Shown here: in pieces, positions 16,134 to 19,874 of the stretch
Position numbering within the stretch: position 1 is the first letter of the stretch
Layout: each line of letters opens with the position of its first letter
Source of the DNA: an uncultured archaeon
GTDB taxonomy: Archaea > Asgardarchaeota > Lokiarchaeia > Sigyniarchaeales > SOKP01
Length of the DNA: 19,874 nt
Assembly (NCBI GenBank): GCA_964508365.1
Contig: CAZDTP010000062.1
Coordinates: 621 to 20,494, forward strand
Direction: 5' to 3'
Position numbers and translations under genes: made by a program
The notes under the pieces: generated by a model
Databases searched by the model: none
The model's input: only the letters and a program-made list of their open reading frames with translations
Told to the model about the DNA's origin: nothing

Positions 16134-17222
16134 TTGAAATTAGTTTGTCCAATTGCAGGTGTAGGAAAACGACTTCAGCCATTTACTTATTCAAAACCTA
16201 AGGCGTTCCTAAAAGTTGCAGGAAAAAGGTTAATTGACCACATATTAATTAAACTAAAAAAAACATTCCCAAAAAATACAGAAATTGCCTTTATTGTTGG
16301 CTATAAAAAACGACAAATATCGGAATATATTAAAGAAAATTTTTCTGATTACTTTAATCTTGAGTTTATCGAACAGAAACCATTTGGTTATTTAGCAGAT
16401 ACTCCATTTTTTAGCGGTCTTGGAGATGCCATTTTACTTGGAAAGGATTTTATAAATAATGACGATTGTTTCATTTTTCTAAGCGATAGACTTCCAATGG
16501 AAGACTATTCTTCAATTCTATTAACCTATCATCAGGGTGAATGCGACGGAGTAATAAATATTAAAAAAGTGGATAACCCTAAGTTTTACGGAGTTACGGT
16601 AATAGATGATGATGTTAAAATAAAAAAAATAGTGGAAAAACCACAAGAATTTATTTCTGATTATGCTGTTTCTGGAGCTTACCTTTTTGGGAAAAAAATA
16701 GTGAATAGATTGTTTGAGCTTTTAGAGGTACAAAGCAAGGTTGAACTCGAAAACGGGAAAGAGCATCTTTTTACCCCAATAATAGAACAGCTTATTAGCG
16801 AAGGGATTGTGTTTAAAGGGAATATAATGCAGAATGAAATACTGGATTTCGGAAGACCAGAAACATTACTTGAAGGAAATCGATACTTATTATCTGAAAC
16901 CAAATTAAACGATCCACTATTTGAATCAAAATCCCAAAAAGGAAATATTGTAGACTCTAAAATCGTTCCTCCGGTTTTTATAGGAAAAAATGTGAGCATT
17001 AAGAATTCAGTAATAGGTCCTAATGTTTCTTTAGGAGATGATTTATATCTCGAAAAATGTATCCTCTCCGAATCTGTAATCGGAGATGGGGTATTCCTAA
17101 GAAAAATCATTTCATCTAACAGCATCATCGGAGATTATTCGATATTGGAAGACCTCATAAAAAAAAATATAACTATCGGAGATTCTTCTTATATTACGAC
17201 TTCAAAAATAAAATCTTTTTAA
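16134..17222 (+). CDS. Sugar-phosphate nucleotidyltransferase (RmlA/GlmU-like) with C-terminal left-handed beta-helix repeats
   Basis: AGVGKRLQPFTYSKPK, GLGDAIL, EKP, DFGRPETLLEGN, then hexapeptide repeats (VFIGKNVSIKNSVIGPNVSLG); TTG start. Confidence 0.9.
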   Translation: MKLVCPIAGVGKRLQPFTYSKPKAFLKVAGKRLIDHILIKLKKTFPKNTEIAFIVGYKKRQISEYIKENFSDYFNLEFIEQKPFGYLADTPFFSGLGDAILLGKDFINNDDCFIFLSDRLPMEDYSSILLTYHQGECDGVINIKKVDNPKFYGVTVIDDDVKIKKIVEKPQEFISDYAVSGAYLFGKKIVNRLFELLEVQSKVELENGKEHLFTPIIEQLISEGIVFKGNIMQNEILDFGRPETLLEGNRYLLSETKLNDPLFESKSQKGNIVDSKIVPPVFIGKNVSIKNSVIGPNVSLGDDLYLEKCILSESVIGDGVFLRKIISSNSIIGDYSILEDLIKKNITIGDSSYITTSKIKSF

Positions 17223-17237
17223 GAAATTAAAAAAAAA

Positions 17238-18668
17238 TTAATTAAATGCTGGGCGTTTATCTTGCCACGGTGAAACATCTTCAAAAGCTTTTGAGACTTG
17301 CAGGACTGTTTTTTCATCAAATCGCTTCCCAACAATTTGCATTCCAATTGGTAACCCCAAATTACTCCATCCAGATGGAATAGAAGCAGCAGGAAGGCCT
17401 GTCATGTTAAAAGGGTATGTGTACGTCATCCAACTCATAATACTCAAGTCCTTTTTCCCAATTTTTGGAAATGTTGTCCCTGATTCTAACCAACCTGGTT
17501 TTATCGCTGGACAAGGTAATGTTGGCGTGATCAAAATGTCATAATTCTTAAAATATTGATACATAACTTCGTAAATTTGTTTCCGTTGCTCTCTAGCCTT
17601 TCCAAGATTCATAGCACTGTTATCTAAACCTAATTTTATTGATCCAATTAAATATGGGGTAAGTTCTTCAGGTCTATTATTAAAATCATTTACATGATCA
17701 TAGGCATAACCAAAAGTGACCTCTGTTTTAAATGTGGATTCGGATTTTCGTATTTTTAAGTTTGCCTCTTCTACATCCCAATCAAATTGCTCAAACTTTT
17801 GAATACCATTAAGAACACTTTCTTTAACTTCATCATCGAGAAGCTTCCCAAAACCTAAGGTCATTGAATAACCAATCTTTAATTTTTTAGGTTTATCTTC
17901 AAGTATTTTAACATAATCAATGTCGTCGTCAGGGAAAGAATTGTTGTCTGCGGGATGATGACCTTTCATAACATTTAACATAAGAGCTGCATCCTTTACG
18001 TAACGAACAATTGGACCGTAATGGTCCATTGAGTAAAATGCGATACCAATCCGGGGATAGCTTGGAATTCGACCATAAGTAGGTTTTAAACCATAAACCC
18101 CACAACAGCTACTGGGAACTCTAATTGAACCCCCTCCATCTGATCCTAGTGCTAATGGTCCTATACCGCTGGCAACGGAACAAGCAGCGCCTCCACTAGA
18201 ACCTCCTGAATTTCTCTCTAAATCCCATGGATTAAATGTTTCTCCAAAGATTTTATTATTTGTAAGAGCGACGGCACCAAACTCAGGCGTATTTGTTTTA
18301 CCAAGTATGACACAACCAGAAGCCATTAATCTTTGAACCGCGATATCATCTTGTTCTGGGATAAAATCTTCATATAATTTAGAACCAAATGTAGTTCTTA
18401 TTCCTTTAGTTTGCATTAGATCCTTAATTGATGTTGGAATTCCATGCAATAAACCTAATTTTTCGCTCTTTTTAACTGCTTTATCTGCTTTTTCGGCTGT
18501 TTCTCTTGCTAATTCAAAAGTAGGAGTACAGTATGCGTTTAACAGAGGATTGATTTTCTCAATTCGTTCGATTATTGTTTCTGTAATTTCAGTTGATGAT
18601 AATTCTTGAGTTTTGATTTTTTCTCGCATCTCTATTGCTGACATAAAGCAGATATCTTCTTTATTCAT
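17238..18668 (-). CDS. Amidase signature family enzyme
   Basis: Catalytic Lys (SIKD), GKTNTPEFG, GGSSGGA, GSDGGGSIRVPSS, GLKPTYG, GLPIGMQIVG. GSDGGG rather than GSDTGG favours a generic amidase over GatA. Confidence 0.92.
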   Translation of the reverse strand: MNKEDICFMSAIEMREKIKTQELSSTEITETIIERIEKINPLLNAYCTPTFELARETAEKADKAVKKSEKLGLLHGIPTSIKDLMQTKGIRTTFGSKLYEDFIPEQDDIAVQRLMASGCVILGKTNTPEFGAVALTNNKIFGETFNPWDLERNSGGSSGGAACSVASGIGPLALGSDGGGSIRVPSSCCGVYGLKPTYGRIPSYPRIGIAFYSMDHYGPIVRYVKDAALMLNVMKGHHPADNNSFPDDDIDYVKILEDKPKKLKIGYSMTLGFGKLLDDEVKESVLNGIQKFEQFDWDVEEANLKIRKSESTFKTEVTFGYAYDHVNDFNNRPEELTPYLIGSIKLGLDNSAMNLGKAREQRKQIYEVMYQYFKNYDILITPTLPCPAIKPGWLESGTTFPKIGKKDLSIMSWMTYTYPFNMTGLPAASIPSGWSNLGLPIGMQIVGKRFDEKTVLQVSKAFEDVSPWQDKRPAFN

Positions 18669-18871
18669 TGTATTTTACCTTATTAGAATTAATTTTGATA
18701 TATTATTGATAATTTAAATTTACTAATATAAATTAATATCTTTGTTTAGATAAGACAAATGTAAAATTCCGAAATCAAATTTTTAAGTTTAAAAAAATTA
18801 TTATTCTGCAATTTACTACAGAAAATATTCTATTAAAGAAACTATCGTAAAACCTAAAAACGAATTTTGAT

Positions 18872-19561
18872 GTGAAAGTGAATCAAAAATTAAAAGTAAT
18901 TTGCATAATAGGAATTTTAAATTTCGTTATCTTCAGTTCTTGTTTTAGTTTAATTGGTAAAGCAACTCCAGATCATGAAATTGGTTTTACTGAAGGAACC
19001 GAATTAATATGGGAGATTACAGAACTAGACTTAGAAAGTTATAGAAGAATTATTGGAATTGATCCTAATTATGAATTAGGAGATCAAATAAGAATGATTA
19101 TAAGAGATATCGGGACCTCTTCAGGATCTTGGATACTTTCTGTAGAATTTTGGGATTATAAGACTGATTGGGGATTGAGTGGTGATACATTCAATTTCTA
19201 TATCGGAAATGATCCAGAAGATTATGATGATTACCTATTCGTTCTTACACCAGTAGAAGATTATTTAGAACAAGCTATATTAACTCTACCTTCTGAATAT
19301 TATAGAACCGGCTTATCAATATTCAAACAAGGTAAAAGCGACACTGGAATTGATTATGTATGGGAAAAGGAATTTGATCCAAGAGGGCTTCTTATAGTAG
19401 AAACTTATTACGATGAGTTTGACCAAATCATAATAAGATGGGAAGGACAATTTCGGATTATTCCTTTTGGTATAACTTTTATCGGTTTTACTATATTTGC
19501 GATTATTGCTATAATAGTTGTTTCTATAAAGAAGAAAAATCTCAGAATTAAAATTGTATAA
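18872..19561 (+). CDS. Secreted/surface protein with signal peptide and C-terminal TM anchor
   Basis: Basic-hydrophobic N-terminus, acidic extracellular domain, C-terminal IPFG-TM-KKK; GTG start. Confidence 0.8.
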   Translation: MKVNQKLKVICIIGILNFVIFSSCFSLIGKATPDHEIGFTEGTELIWEITELDLESYRRIIGIDPNYELGDQIRMIIRDIGTSSGSWILSVEFWDYKTDWGLSGDTFNFYIGNDPEDYDDYLFVLTPVEDYLEQAILTLPSEYYRTGLSIFKQGKSDTGIDYVWEKEFDPRGLLIVETYYDEFDQIIIRWEGQFRIIPFGITFIGFTIFAIIAIIVVSIKKKNLRIKIV

Positions 19562-19599
19562 TCATCAACATATTGATTATAAGGTATTATTGAAATAAA

Positions 19600-19874
19600 T
19601 TAAAATTTAAAATCTTTTTGCCACTGTTTATACCCAATTTGCCAAAGTTTTAATCTAGGTTTATTTACTTTACTATCCACTTCAATTCCGGATTGGGGAT
19701 GGGTCATAATATTATGATAACGCTCATAATATTCTTCTGCACTCGAAATCCCTTCAATCATATTTAAAATCGCTTTTTCCGTAAAATACAAGATTAAATC
19801 TGGTTTAATGTCAGGCTTAGTTTTTGTCATCTCTAGCGATTTTTCATTCTTTTTGAATAAAAAGAAGTTTAGTT
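19600..19874 (-). CDS. 3' part of a gene truncated by the window edge; possibly SCP2 (sterol carrier)-like
   Basis: The frame stays open upstream of ATG 19830 to the window end (LNFFLFKKNEKSLE-MTKTKPDIKPDLILYFTEKAILNMIEG). PDLILYFTEKAILNM resembles the SCP2 strand-helix motif; the product call is weak. Confidence 0.45.
   Translation of the reverse strand, partial: LNFFLFKKNEKSLEMTKTKPDIKPDLILYFTEKAILNMIEGISSAEEYYERYHNIMTHPQSGIEVDSKVNKPRLKLWQIGYKQWQKDFKF

Noticed and set aside
16679-17128. 149-aa - strand ORF
   Set aside because: Antisense to the nucleotidyltransferase; no recognisable family.
17238-18668. GatA assignment for the amidase
   Set aside because: It has GSDGGGSIRVP rather than the GatA-typical GSDTGGSIRQP, and no gatB or gatC is adjacent.

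Overview
AT-rich archaeal chromosomal window, most likely Asgard (Lokiarchaeia-like). The archaeal assignment rests on S8e, SRP19, a proteasome beta subunit, an archaeal-type GluRS and BHB-type tRNA introns; the Asgard placement is inference from composition and gene style. It holds about 23 protein genes and two tRNAs (Pro-GGG, Arg-GCG), each split by a 30-nt intron at a non-canonical position. No integrase, transposase, CRISPR array or rRNA was found. Most interesting signals: (1) a stand-alone protein whose pattern fits an adaptin/coatomer appendage (sandwich plus platform) fused to a Zn ribbon, near a wHTH-JAMM pair and a proteasome beta subunit with Ser instead of Gly at position -1; (2) a palindromic 14-bp-period ATGATCAT array over the promoter of a tandem-AbrB regulator/methyltransferase operon; (3) tRNA introns at 25/26 and 58/59; (4) an MtxX (methanogenesis marker 4)-like gene behind gltX and a Zn-ribbon CPBP protease; (5) a surface protein with an IPFG-TM-basic sorting-like tail. 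All family assignments come from motif recognition, with no database searches.
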